Shown here: positions 49,650 through 59,539 of the stretch, one piece after another | How the letters are laid out: the number at the start of each line of letters is the position of its first letter | How positions within the stretch are numbered: position 1 is the stretch's first letter | DNA from: an uncultured Rhabdochlamydiaceae bacterium | Lineage (GTDB): Bacteria > Chlamydiota > Chlamydiia > Chlamydiales > Rhabdochlamydiaceae | Reading direction: 5' to 3' | DNA length: 64,000 nucleotides | Assembly (NCBI GenBank): GCA_963712275.1 | Contig: CAVQHD010000001.1 | Location: 352,001 to 416,000 of the forward strand | Made by a program: the position numbers and the translations under genes | The notes under the pieces: model-generated | What the model was told of the DNA's origin: nothing | Seen by the model: only the letters and a program-made list of their open reading frames with translations | Database searches by the model: none

Positions 49650-51224
49650 GAGGGAATTGCAAAACTAGAAACGAAAAAGTGATTTTTCGGGGATAGTGAA
49701 TGCAAACCGGTTGGCAGGCCCCGAAAAATCACTTTTTCGATTCCAGTCTCGTAATTTTAGATGTTTTATCCAAAAAATCTTCACTGTGAGAACAAGCGGG
49801 AGCCCATTTGATCATTGGCCAGAAGACTTTTTCACCCTACAGCAAGATTACGTGACCAATTTCATCAATTGGTCGGCTGTCAATACCAACACGCCAAACA
49901 TAAGATGGCACGCAACCTTACTAAGTCCGCGCACCCTGAGTTTGCAAGCACCAAATTCGTCTTTCAGACGAGAATTGGTTCGTTCCGCAGCTGTCCTTTC
50001 ATTATAACGCAGTGTTTCTGGGAAAATTAAATTCAGAGTTCTTCTTGCAAGACTTTCCGCTTCAAGGTCTTTTTTGAGCTGTTTGTCTGCTCTTGGATTC
50101 TTATCGATTAGGGGCTTGTGTCCGAGAGATTGGCTATGTGCGATAATACCTGGGATGTCGTAAGCGGCATCCATGAGGTCATAGCAGTTGATGATTCTCG
50201 TGGCAGTTAAAGTGGCCAGAGGAATTGCAACCTGACTGTCATGAACTGAAGCTGAAGTAACAATAGCGCTGACAGGGATGCCTCCGTCAATGGTATCTAA
50301 ATGTAACTTGTAGCCAGTCCAGTACATTGTATTACCTTTGCTGTCTTTTTTAGCACCTTTGTCGCATGCTGTCGGTAAATCAGCCAGCATTTCTTCTAGC
50401 GTCATCGTTTTTTGTCTGTCTATGCGCGTAGGTTCGGGTTTGGCTCGTTTTTGGCCTTTTTTAGGGCGACCTTTTTTCTTTGGCTCCAATTCCTGATCCG
50501 GATCTTCACTGTTTTGCGTTGCCTTGTTCTTAGTTTTGGTTTGCGGCCGTTCTCGAGCCTCGATTGCGGTTGAATCGCGTGAATTATGCAAAACGACTTC
50601 GTTTTTCAATGTCTTTACAATCAGCGCCTCATGTGCGCGCTGAGGAAGCCCTGTTTTAGCAAACTCAGTGAAGGCTCTAGAAAAAGTAGCCTCACTAGGC
50701 AGTTCAGACAGAGATTCCCACCCACAAATACGTCGTAGGTTTTTATCGCTTTTCAAGCGATCAATCAAAAATGTTGTCGTATCGAGATTGTATACCATTT
50801 TAACAACGAATGATCTGGCAATTGCTGAACGTGTTTTTTGTGGGCGGCCCTCACATCCGTAATAGCAAGGAAGAAAGTCTTCGATGCGTACCACTTCCAA
50901 AATAGAAACCAATTGTTGCTGCTTTTCTGTCAGTGGATCGAGCTCTTCTTCTAACCAAGCGAAAAGAGAGCCTTGAATTTTTTCCCAATATTTTGATAAA
51001 GTGTCTGTCAGCTGACCCACGTGGTTTGCTCCTTGCTCTGATGTGATTGTTTGTCAGAAAGCTAATTATATCAGACGCAAGGTGTTTGTTAAAAGTGACT
51101 TGTGGTTGAAAATCGCAACGCTATTACAGAAATGACGAAAGGGAAGACTTTTTCGGAGTTGCTGTAGGTTTTGCTAAAACGGACCCGAAAAAGTCTTCCC
51201 TTTCGTTAGTTTTGCAATTCCCTC
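49650..51224 (-). mobile_element. Same 1575-bp IS, copy 2; no TSD
   Basis: Same length, ends and transposase as copy 1; flanks AATA and AAGT differ. Confidence 0.93.
49848..51020 (-). CDS. DDE transposase, identical to 46500-47672
   Basis: Identical translation in the ORF track. Confidence 0.9.
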   Translation of the reverse strand: MGQLTDTLSKYWEKIQGSLFAWLEEELDPLTEKQQQLVSILEVVRIEDFLPCYYGCEGRPQKTRSAIARSFVVKMVYNLDTTTFLIDRLKSDKNLRRICGWESLSELPSEATFSRAFTEFAKTGLPQRAHEALIVKTLKNEVVLHNSRDSTAIEARERPQTKTKNKATQNSEDPDQELEPKKKGRPKKGQKRAKPEPTRIDRQKTMTLEEMLADLPTACDKGAKKDSKGNTMYWTGYKLHLDTIDGGIPVSAIVTSASVHDSQVAIPLATLTATRIINCYDLMDAAYDIPGIIAHSQSLGHKPLIDKNPRADKQLKKDLEAESLARRTLNLIFPETLRYNERTAAERTNSRLKDEFGACKLRVRGLSKVACHLMFGVLVLTADQLMKLVT

Positions 51225-54200
51225 AAGTGTTTTTCTACTAGGACTCAGAATAAATATGAGTGGACTTTTCAAGAAAAGAACCAATTGCTCCTTTGCATCC
51301 AATCAATGAACAGCAAACAAAGAAGGGACACCCCCTTACAGACACTCGCACACTCCCATTTTTGTATTGTTGTAGAAGCGGTTTTTTGTGGGGATTGTCT
51401 TCATGGGCTTTCAAGAGGAACTGAGCTTCCTCATCAAAATTTTGCTAAAGAAATTCTATCTCTTTTTGAAGACAAAGCGCATCGAGTTGTCACTCTTTGG
51501 TCTTTCTTCGTTTTCCTGCACACAAATGGCAACCAAGAACTATTGCAGACTTTCTTTCAATCGTGTCCACCCTTCTTGCACTTCTTCATTCATGCCGTAG
51601 GTGGAAGCGTCTCTTCCAGAGCGCTGGAGAAAAAAGATGTGATTGAAGATTTGACCGAGATGAAAGAGATTTTGGAAAATGATCAAAACTTTTACCTGTC
51701 ATTTGCAAATGGAGAAAGAGATGATGACGTAAGGAGGAACTTATCCATTAATCTCTCTAACATGAAAGAGAAATTTGCCAACCTCATTGACTCTTTTAAT
51801 AACCGAAGGGTTGTATCATTGAAAGATAATGAAGAAAAAGCAAAGAAAGCCCTTAGAGAGTTTCTGACAGGAAAAGGATTCTGCGAACAACAGATTAATG
51901 TCTTTTTTAATAAGTATTATAAAAATCGATGGGCGATCTACTCTGCATCTGTTTGCCTTCTTGGATTAGAGACTTTCCTGCTTACGCAATTCGCATTAGC
52001 AGACTTAGTGAGCGTCCGTAATGCTCTCAGCGGAGGAAAAGGGCCCGATGCCAGACTCGCCCTTTCAGAAGCTTGCTTCAAAAGCTACATTGAGTTCTTG
52101 GTGCAAAAAACAGGCATTGAAAGTCCGATAGAGCTAGCTGAAAAGCTCTATGAAAAACTAAAACACGTTGTAAAGCTTCTAAACCACAGCGATAATACCT
52201 TAGAGAAAAAGCAAATGATCTTAAGTAATGTCACCTTTTTTATTGCCTTTTCTCTTCAGTTGCTCAAAGAAGGGACCTCTCCAGAAGAACTCTTTCCTTG
52301 CATCGATAAACTACTTTACAATAAAGACCCCGATGTTTTTTTAGATCATTGGACCGTAGATTTATTAGCCTGCAATTTAGGTTCAACTCACCCGAATATG
52401 AAAGCGCTTAGAGACAGTGCTCAAAAGGGGATACAGAGCGAAAGAGACGCGGTACAGCGCCCTTTCACTGCAAAAAAGCAAGCAACTGCCAATAGAGCTA
52501 ATAAAATCCGTACAGCCCTTCAAAACAACCCTTTTCTTTTGATTTCTCATTTAGTTCCATCCCTCATCCAAGCTTTATTACCAAAAGTCAAACTGGAGAA
52601 AGTTAATGCTTTTAAGAGAATGCTGCTTCTTTGCAAAGAGCCTTTTGAGAGAAGTCCTCTCGCAAATGAGTTTCGGGATATCGTTAATCTCTTGATCTCG
52701 GAGCCCTTGATTTTGGCGGGGCTTGGAGCGACTGACTCGCTTTCTTTCGTGCAGGAATACTTTAGGAATTTAAGGATTCAATTAAACGATCTCCTTAACC
52801 CCATCGCTAAAGGAGAAGCGCTGCTTGGGAATTCACTAACTGAAAAAGAAATCTCCGAGTTGATAGAGGAAATCTTGCTTATTCGAACGGTTAAAAATGA
52901 TCCAACCCAGCTCACAAAAAGACAAGCATGGTTGATAGAGAATGTGCCCAATTTATCCAAAGAAATTTCCGACCTGAGCAATACTCTTTCGCGCCTTGCT
53001 TCTTTTCAATCACTCATAACAGGAGCAATGCAGGTGATTACGTGGGCTGCGGGAACTGCTCTCAATGTTATGCCTAGTTTGAAAAAGCAGGCTGAAAAAC
53101 CGGTTAAAGAAAGCCCTGAGCTTAAAAAAGAAGAGCTGGAGAAGGTAGGGCAATCCATCGTTTCTGCGCCACCACAGAATTCCAATGGACTTTGGGGGTT
53201 TTTTACTAATTTGATACCTGATACTGCGTCTAAGGACAAAGCTGCTCTGACACCTGAAGCCAAAGAACAAGCTGAAAAACCAGCTCAAGAACAAGAAGAA
53301 AAAACCGAGGCTAAAGAAGAAGATCCCCAGGTTACCATTTGGAGCTTTATCAGCTATTTCCTGACAGAAGGGAATGTTACGAAAAAGGAGCTAGCAATTA
53401 TTGAACCTGCCATACGAAAAGATGTGATTCCGCTTGTGATGGCTCTTATACCTGTTATTGAGAAGAACCATGCTTTAGCATCTTATAGCGACTTTTTTAA
53501 AAACCTCGACGTCATTATTAAATCGAGCGATACATCTGCTGAAACAATAGAGTTCCATCGAAAACAATTGACCCAGCTCATTGCCTCAGTTGCTACCCAA
53601 TCTCTGACGGAAATAGGACAGTACGAAGAAACCATTATCAAAGTTTATGGCGCGCTTCTATCTTTAGAATCTGTTCCTCAAGCCTTCTCATTAGAACACC
53701 AGCGCGTTAGCGAAATGCAAACGTCTAATCTACTTCTTTCAGCCCCGACTACAATTATACCATCCGGTATGCCGCAGCCAAGAGCCTTTACACTTTCTTT
53801 AGAAGATCGCATAGAAAATAGCCGGACCTACAACATTGGAGAGCTGCAAGCTCTAAATACTCCCCCTTCAACCTCAACCATGACGACTACAACATCCACT
53901 ATGCCGCAGCCAAGCGCCTCTTTCGAAGCGCCAAGACCTTTGGAACAACGTCCCCAAACCATTTCGGCTGTACCTCCTCCAGGAAAGGTCTCGAAAAATA
54001 AGAAAATCTCCCATACTAAACAACCACCATCTCTAAATACTCTCCCTGCAGCTTCAACCACAACGACTACAACATCTACTATGTCGCAGCTAGGCGACTC
54101 TCACGAAGCGCCAAGGCCTTTGGAACAGCGTCCCCAAACCATTGTTGAGCAACCGCAAGCTCTAAATACTCCCCCTTCGATCTCAGCTACAGCACCCACT

Positions 54201-54308
54201 ATGCTGCAACCGGATAATCGAGTCCTAACACTTACGACAAGGCAGCAGGAAGAAGAACAAGATGGGACAAAAAAAGCAGCTGAAGAGAAGAATTGCACTG
54301 TCATGTAG
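51225..54308 (+). CDS. Large hypothetical effector candidate, probably 5'-truncated by the IS; S/T/P-rich repeats and C-terminal CaaX (CTVM)
   Basis: The frame is open from the IS edge (51225) through TTG 51285 to TAG 54308. Confidence 0.7.
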   Translation, partial: KCFSTRTQNKYEWTFQEKNQLLLCIQSMNSKQRRDTPLQTLAHSHFCIVVEAVFCGDCLHGLSRGTELPHQNFAKEILSLFEDKAHRVVTLWSFFVFLHTNGNQELLQTFFQSCPPFLHFFIHAVGGSVSSRALEKKDVIEDLTEMKEILENDQNFYLSFANGERDDDVRRNLSINLSNMKEKFANLIDSFNNRRVVSLKDNEEKAKKALREFLTGKGFCEQQINVFFNKYYKNRWAIYSASVCLLGLETFLLTQFALADLVSVRNALSGGKGPDARLALSEACFKSYIEFLVQKTGIESPIELAEKLYEKLKHVVKLLNHSDNTLEKKQMILSNVTFFIAFSLQLLKEGTSPEELFPCIDKLLYNKDPDVFLDHWTVDLLACNLGSTHPNMKALRDSAQKGIQSERDAVQRPFTAKKQATANRANKIRTALQNNPFLLISHLVPSLIQALLPKVKLEKVNAFKRMLLLCKEPFERSPLANEFRDIVNLLISEPLILAGLGATDSLSFVQEYFRNLRIQLNDLLNPIAKGEALLGNSLTEKEISELIEEILLIRTVKNDPTQLTKRQAWLIENVPNLSKEISDLSNTLSRLASFQSLITGAMQVITWAAGTALNVMPSLKKQAEKPVKESPELKKEELEKVGQSIVSAPPQNSNGLWGFFTNLIPDTASKDKAALTPEAKEQAEKPAQEQEEKTEAKEEDPQVTIWSFISYFLTEGNVTKKELAIIEPAIRKDVIPLVMALIPVIEKNHALASYSDFFKNLDVIIKSSDTSAETIEFHRKQLTQLIASVATQSLTEIGQYEETIIKVYGALLSLESVPQAFSLEHQRVSEMQTSNLLLSAPTTIIPSGMPQPRAFTLSLEDRIENSRTYNIGELQALNTPPSTSTMTTTTSTMPQPSASFEAPRPLEQRPQTISAVPPPGKVSKNKKISHTKQPPSLNTLPAASTTTTTTSTMSQLGDSHEAPRPLEQRPQTIVEQPQALNTPPSISATAPTMLQPDNRVLTLTTRQQEEEQDGTKKAAEEKNCTVM
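53846..54210 (+). repeat. Intragenic imperfect repeats (LNTPPS...TTTSTM...EAPRPLEQRPQTI), about 2.5 copies
   Basis: gaagcgccaagacctttggaacaacgtccccaaaccatt recurs near 53925 and 54105. Confidence 0.85.
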
Positions 54309-54367
54309 GTGTACATAAACAGCCAAGTAGTGAATCGCTAGAAAGACCTCAGCAGTCGGACGAAGCT

Positions 54368-54700
54368 TTAATTTGGAGACGCCTTCATAGCTTGAAAAGC
54401 TTCTAGTGAAAGATAAGTATGACGTTGATTTTCTCTATAAAATTCAACATTCTTTAAAAATTGTGAATAGCCAGGATCTTTTGGCGTTAGCGGTTGGGCA
54501 AGAGACGGCCCCACAGGGTAAGAACATTGTGTATCTGTTGTTCTCGAGAAACGTCTCTTAATAATTCTATGTAAATTACAGTTGCCCGGAGGGAAAAGAT
54601 GAGAAGTAGAGTTCGCTCTTTTAAAACAGACCTTACTTACAAATGATATCATTCTCAGCCTCTTACCAAGGACGGTACCACACCTCAACTTTGCACTCAA
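54368..54700 (-). CDS. Hypothetical protein, possibly a fragment
   Basis: 110-aa ORF with no clear start or motif. Confidence 0.3.
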   Translation of the reverse strand: MSAKLRCGTVLGKRLRMISFVSKVCFKRANSTSHLFPPGNCNLHRIIKRRFSRTTDTQCSYPVGPSLAQPLTPKDPGYSQFLKNVEFYRENQRHTYLSLEAFQAMKASPN

Positions 54701-54767
54701 ATCAAAAGATCTAGGGAGTGTGTCCTCAGTTTCAGCTGATTGGGCTTTTGAGCCAATTCAACTCTTT

Positions 54768-55370
54768 TTAAGAGGGGTATATAAAATGAAAACCATTGTT
54801 GCCATAAATTCCAGGAGACAGGGTAAAAGTGTTGTAAGCGGCCCTGCCAACTGCAATCGCTGTTAATGCACTTAGAATGCCGGCGATTACTTGGACTGTT
54901 TTCTTCGAAGCTTTATCGAGAGGTTGTTTGTCTGTTTTTCCCTCTAGCTTCTGTTGCTGATTTGAGAAGTAGGTTGCAATGGCGTTAAAAGCGTTATAGG
55001 AGATGAAACCAACCAGGGCGCTCTGGGTTAAAGTGATGGCAGTGCCGAAAATTATTTTTTTAACTAATCCCATTTTAGGTATGACAGTAACGGGGCCATG
55101 AAGAACTACTTTATTACTATTCGTGTCAATATACCCTAAATGCCTTCCTTTCAGTGCCTTAAGCCACTCAACTACGGTAGAGATTTTGGGGAGAGAAGAT
55201 GCATAATGATCTAAATCGATCCAATCTGAAAAAAAAGTCATTGGAAGGTGGACGAGCCTTATGCTTGAGTCCTTAATGGGAAGTTTACCAATCATGTTAG
55301 AAATAAATTCGGGCGATTGGCTAATAACTTTATTTAAAAACTTTAAAGATAAATCAAATGCTGCTGTCAT
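54768..55370 (-). CDS. Hypothetical membrane protein
   Basis: AGAGG RBS, AT-rich upstream region, two hydrophobic segments. Confidence 0.7.
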   Translation of the reverse strand: MTAAFDLSLKFLNKVISQSPEFISNMIGKLPIKDSSIRLVHLPMTFFSDWIDLDHYASSLPKISTVVEWLKALKGRHLGYIDTNSNKVVLHGPVTVIPKMGLVKKIIFGTAITLTQSALVGFISYNAFNAIATYFSNQQQKLEGKTDKQPLDKASKKTVQVIAGILSALTAIAVGRAAYNTFTLSPGIYGNNGFHFIYPS

Positions 55371-55818
55371 ATTTTCCTCTTTGTTAACTAATTTTCAATT
55401 ATTATAGATTAGAAATTGTTATTAAATCAAATAAAATGAATTTTTATTAAATAAAAAAAATTTTAATTTATATGAGTATGAAATAGCTAAAGCCCTAGCG
55501 CGTATTGGGTCATTACGGTGGAGACGGTGTTCATCCAGTGGGCGATGGTCTCGATGAGGGCATCGGGGTTGGATATTGAGGGTGGTGGCGTCGAGGGGGT
55601 GGTCTAGTGATTTTAAGATACTGTAAAATCAAGAAAAGAGTAGCCAAGAGGCCGCTTATTTTTCCATTCATTTTTTTAAAATCTAAGCATCTATTTATCA
55701 AAAACTTACCGATTTTATGGGGGTTGTTTTCAGATTTTTTACCGAAAATAACCGGGTTATTTTCCACATTTTTACGGATTATATCACCTTTGGCAGGCCT
55801 GCAAGAATCGACTGATAC

Positions 55819-56160
55819 TTAATTTGACGACGGGATCTTCGCCTCTTGCAGAAGTTTTTGCAGCTCGGTGATCTTTTGCTGATGGGTCTGTAGCAAGGCT
55901 CGCATCTTTTCCACAGCTTCTCTTCGAGATTGAACTTCTTTTTCAACCTTAGCTGCTTCAGATTCAATCTTTTCTGTTTGGTTTCTCAAAGTGGCTGTCT
56001 GCAAAGAAGCTTGTTGTAGAGATTCTAGGTGTTTGACATCGGCTAAAAATGAGGCAAGCTGCGGGACTGTTATATTCGTTGGGCTAATGCGCTGCAGCAG
56101 TTGGGGCGCAATGGGATATTTTTTCTCTATCTGCGAAATAGACAATTTACTGACTGACAT
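55819..56160 (-). CDS. Coiled-coil protein, third gene of the Inc-like operon
   Basis: AGGAGG RBS before ATG 56160; homologous to the C-terminus of 47925-49445. Confidence 0.8.
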   Translation of the reverse strand: MSVSKLSISQIEKKYPIAPQLLQRISPTNITVPQLASFLADVKHLESLQQASLQTATLRNQTEKIESEAAKVEKEVQSRREAVEKMRALLQTHQQKITELQKLLQEAKIPSSN

Positions 56161-56168
56161 CTGACCTC

Positions 56169-56987
56169 CTAATAAATACATGCTTCTAATTGCTCAAGGA
56201 GCTCCTTCTCGGTATTTTCCGCTTCTAAAATTAACGCTGTGAAAACTTTTGCTTCTTCGTTGAGGGCGGTGAGCTGCTCTTCTGCTTTTTTTAAGCGATG
56301 TTGTGTGCTTTCCAGACTTTTTTCCGCTTCTTTTAAGTTTTTGATCGCTTGGGGAAATTCAAGAGCAGCCTCTCCATGTGTTGCTAAGATGCGTTCAAGC
56401 TCACTCATAAGCTCGGAAACCACGGTCTCGGCCTCGTCTATCTTTAGAGTTTCGAGTGATTGATTAACTTCTAGCACTTGATCTTTCTTAGTTATTAAAG
56501 TCCGGTGAATATCCTCTAAGGTTTGCTGAAGCTGCTTGTTTGATTGTGAGTTTTTTTTCCCAAAAATATTGACCGCCAATCGGTAAAGCGAACCGGAGTG
56601 TTTAAAGATATACCTCGAGGCGAGAAATACAATCACAACAAAAGACGAGGCTTTGGCTTTAGAGCCGAACAATTGAAAGGTCTTTTCAGCTGTTAAAGAA
56701 GGTTGATTCGTCAAATGCACGACCCCTGCTAAAGAGGGTTTGATGAGACCTGTTGGAGCTGCAAGAAATACAGCTGTTTTTACTCTCTCAGTCACATGCG
56801 CTGTTTTCATCATCTCCCCTATAGGAAGCACCTGATGTGCAGGAGGGGTCTGTAAAGCAGGTTTTGTCATAGCAACGAGTTGATAAAGCATGAGACACTT
56901 TGTGAGAAGAGGCTCTAGAAGATCTGCTCGGAAGATAGAAGGTTTTCTCTCTTCTGCACCAGCCGCTTTAACTGAACGTAAGCTCAT
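56169..56987 (-). CDS. TM + coiled-coil protein, second gene of the Inc-like operon
   Basis: Hydrophobic FVVIVFLA segment and heptads; ATGA overlap with the upstream gene. Confidence 0.78.
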   Translation of the reverse strand: MSLRSVKAAGAEERKPSIFRADLLEPLLTKCLMLYQLVAMTKPALQTPPAHQVLPIGEMMKTAHVTERVKTAVFLAAPTGLIKPSLAGVVHLTNQPSLTAEKTFQLFGSKAKASSFVVIVFLASRYIFKHSGSLYRLAVNIFGKKNSQSNKQLQQTLEDIHRTLITKKDQVLEVNQSLETLKIDEAETVVSELMSELERILATHGEAALEFPQAIKNLKEAEKSLESTQHRLKKAEEQLTALNEEAKVFTALILEAENTEKELLEQLEACIY

Positions 56988-57646
56988 GTTTGCCTTCCCT
57001 TGAGTTTTTCTCTAATTTTTCGTTCTCTTTCTTCGATGTCATGACTATGCTGTTCTCGTTCTGCAAAAAATTTTTTCACTTCTTCTTCTGTTGCACAAAT
57101 CCCTTGTGTTACTCCAGCAATTTTCTCTTGAAGTTCACGGCATGCAGCAATCAATTTTGTCATCTCTTCTTCTACTCGGGGAGTTGCTGTTAACTGATCA
57201 GCAATTTGCTTATTTTGCATGACCTGTGTGCAAAGAGATGTCAGAGATTGAAGTTTGGTTTCTAATCCAAGAAGTCTACTGTCTAACTTTTGATTGACTT
57301 CAGAAGCTGCTTGTGTGACCTCATGGTCGGTTGATTGAATCTGAGACAGGCGTTCATTTTGATTACGTAAAGCGGTCATTTCTTGCTGCCGCTTTAAGGT
57401 TGAGACAATCAAAGCGACGGAAAGGAGAGGGATACAAATAGGAGCAAGCGGTGAGTTAGAAAAATAAATGGCAGGAATCGTTGCGGCTGTCATCACTTGA
57501 GACATTGTGTGAGTGTCGATTTTGTCCCAAGTCTTCTGCACAAGACCGGCAACTACAAGAGCTGCTCCCGTTAAGTGATACTTTCCGAGATATTCCTTAA
57601 GATGGGTCTGCAAATAGGTTGTGAGTGCGGCTAAAGGTTCTAGCAT
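56984..57646 (-). CDS. IncA-like bilobed-hydrophobic + coiled-coil protein, first gene of the operon
   Basis: VMTAATIPAIYF-SNSP-LAPICIPLLSVALIV followed by a coiled coil. Confidence 0.72.
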   Translation of the reverse strand: MLEPLAALTTYLQTHLKEYLGKYHLTGAALVVAGLVQKTWDKIDTHTMSQVMTAATIPAIYFSNSPLAPICIPLLSVALIVSTLKRQQEMTALRNQNERLSQIQSTDHEVTQAASEVNQKLDSRLLGLETKLQSLTSLCTQVMQNKQIADQLTATPRVEEEMTKLIAACRELQEKIAGVTQGICATEEEVKKFFAEREQHSHDIEERERKIREKLKGRQT

Positions 57647-57759
57647 AAACTTGGGAAGAAGTTTATGCAGATTAGGGTTGCTGAGTCAAATAAATTCTTA
57701 TTGATTGATTTTTTTTCAATGTGATGTCACCATCTTGGTTTTCTTAGGAGGAAATTTAT

Positions 57760-58776
57760 ATGTCAGCAAAATCAACCCGTTCCCGTCGCTCGAAAGCAGA
57801 GGTGCAACAAGAATTTGCAGCAATTGCAGAAGAGGTGAATGAAAATAAAAGTGCAATTTCTCCTAAAGACAGCCTTGCCCAGCAAATGAAAGAAGCTGAG
57901 GTTCGAGATGCTGTCAGTGGAATTGCCGTTGAGGCGATTATTCACAAGCTGGCGGACCTTAACGTCGAAATCTCCAAGTCTCTTTCTCATCTATCTGAAA
58001 AGCTCGCTGGTGAAATCCATCTTCTCAACCAGGTGAGAAGTGCAATCAGCATCGAACATGAAAATCTTCAGAAATTACATAAGATCGATACCGCCTTGAC
58101 GGCCTTAGATCAACTTGTTGAAGAGTACCATACGAAAAGCTCTGAACTTGAGCTGGAGATAGCAACCAAGCGAAAAGAGTGGGGTCAAGAGCAAGATGAT
58201 CAGCGGCAAGCCGCTATGGAATTTGAAACAAAGCTGAAAGTGATGAGGCAACGCGAAAAAGAGGAGTTTGAATACAAAAAAGATATCGAGAGAAAAAAAG
58301 AGCAAGATCAGTACGAGGAATCATGCCGTCTCCGCGACAAGCAAACCCAAGAAAAACAGGAGGCGCTAGAAAAAAATTGGCAGCTTCGAGAGGAGGTGCT
58401 CAAAGAACGTGAAGATCGCCTAGAGGAGATGCAACAGCTGATTGATACTTTCCCTTCCCGTCTTTCGGAAGAAAAAGAAAAGAGCCGCCTGGAAGCGACT
58501 GCTCAAACAGAGCACAAATTCTCTCAAGAGATGCTCACCTTACAAAAAGATAAAGAGACAGATCGACTCCTTTCCGAGATGAAAACCACCTCGCTCGAAG
58601 AGGCTCTAGCGCGTCAATCAGATCAAATCATCCACCTCCAAAGACAACTCGAAGAGGCAAAACGAGAAGTGAAAGAGATTGCTGAAAAAGCAATTGAAGG
58701 CGCTTCAGGAGCAAAAGCGTTATCTCACATCAATCAGATTGCCATCGAACAAGCGAAGAATCGATCTAATCCTTAA
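57760..58776 (+). CDS. Long coiled-coil hypothetical protein
   Basis: AGGAGG RBS; E/K/Q/R-rich heptads throughout. Confidence 0.8.
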   Translation: MSAKSTRSRRSKAEVQQEFAAIAEEVNENKSAISPKDSLAQQMKEAEVRDAVSGIAVEAIIHKLADLNVEISKSLSHLSEKLAGEIHLLNQVRSAISIEHENLQKLHKIDTALTALDQLVEEYHTKSSELELEIATKRKEWGQEQDDQRQAAMEFETKLKVMRQREKEEFEYKKDIERKKEQDQYEESCRLRDKQTQEKQEALEKNWQLREEVLKEREDRLEEMQQLIDTFPSRLSEEKEKSRLEATAQTEHKFSQEMLTLQKDKETDRLLSEMKTTSLEEALARQSDQIIHLQRQLEEAKREVKEIAEKAIEGASGAKALSHINQIAIEQAKNRSNP

Positions 58777-59539
58777 TATAGGCGTCGGGAGTGGTGATGG
58801 CGTCGCGGAGGGCTTGGGTGGTGGTCTTTTGACCCATGAGGGCGATGGACTCTGTAAGAGGAATCTTTTTAGGGCAGACTTGAGCACAGTTTTGCGCTTT
58901 GCCACAGCTGGCAACGCCGCCGTCGCCCATGAGAACGCGGAGTCTTTCAGGGGCTTGCATTTTGCCAGTGGGGTGGGAGTTGAAGAGGCGAACCTGGGAG
59001 ATGGCGGCAGGGCCGATGAAGTTAGAGCGGGGACTCACTTGAGGGCAGGCCTCAAGGCAGCAGCCGCAGGTCATGCAGGTGGAGAGAACGTACCGCGCCT
59101 CTTGCACTTTGGGGTCTTGTTTGGGGCCAAATCCTCGTTCATAGGAGCCGTCGACTTCAACCCATCCTTGGATCCGCTTGAGGTGCTCAAACATGATATT
59201 TCGGTCGATGACAAGATCCCGAATCAGAGGGAACTTTGTCATGGGGGCCAGGCGGATGGTCTCTGATTTTGTCTTGGCGAGAATCGGTTCGATGAGAGCG
59301 GTGCAGCCTTGGCGAGGGTAGCCGTTGATGAGGACGGAGCACGAGCCGCACACCTCTTCTAAACACCCTTGCTCCCAAGCAACGGGCTGCACTTTTTTCC
59401 CTTGCCGGTTGATGGGGGATTTCTGGATATCCATAAGGGCTGAAATGATATTGTAAAACGGCTTGACACTAAGCTCAAACTCTTCCCAGTATTGCTCTCC
59501 GGGTGTGCCTCGATAGATTTTTAAGATAAAGGTTTTCAT
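58766..59539 (-). CDS. sdhB: Succinate dehydrogenase iron-sulfur subunit
   Basis: CLEEVCGSC, CMTCGCCLEACP and CGKAQNCAQVCP. Confidence 0.96.
   Translation of the reverse strand: MKTFILKIYRGTPGEQYWEEFELSVKPFYNIISALMDIQKSPINRQGKKVQPVAWEQGCLEEVCGSCSVLINGYPRQGCTALIEPILAKTKSETIRLAPMTKFPLIRDLVIDRNIMFEHLKRIQGWVEVDGSYERGFGPKQDPKVQEARYVLSTCMTCGCCLEACPQVSPRSNFIGPAAISQVRLFNSHPTGKMQAPERLRVLMGDGGVASCGKAQNCAQVCPKKIPLTESIALMGQKTTTQALRDAITTPDAYIKD

Noticed and set aside
46302..51224. Composite transposon formed by the two IS copies
   Set aside because: Copy 1 has its own ACTA TSD, the outer flanks (ACTA, AAGT) do not match, and the enclosed gene begins outside the pair.
53846..54210. Possible CRISPR-like repeats
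   Set aside because: Imperfect in-frame coding repeats with no regular spacers and no cas genes.
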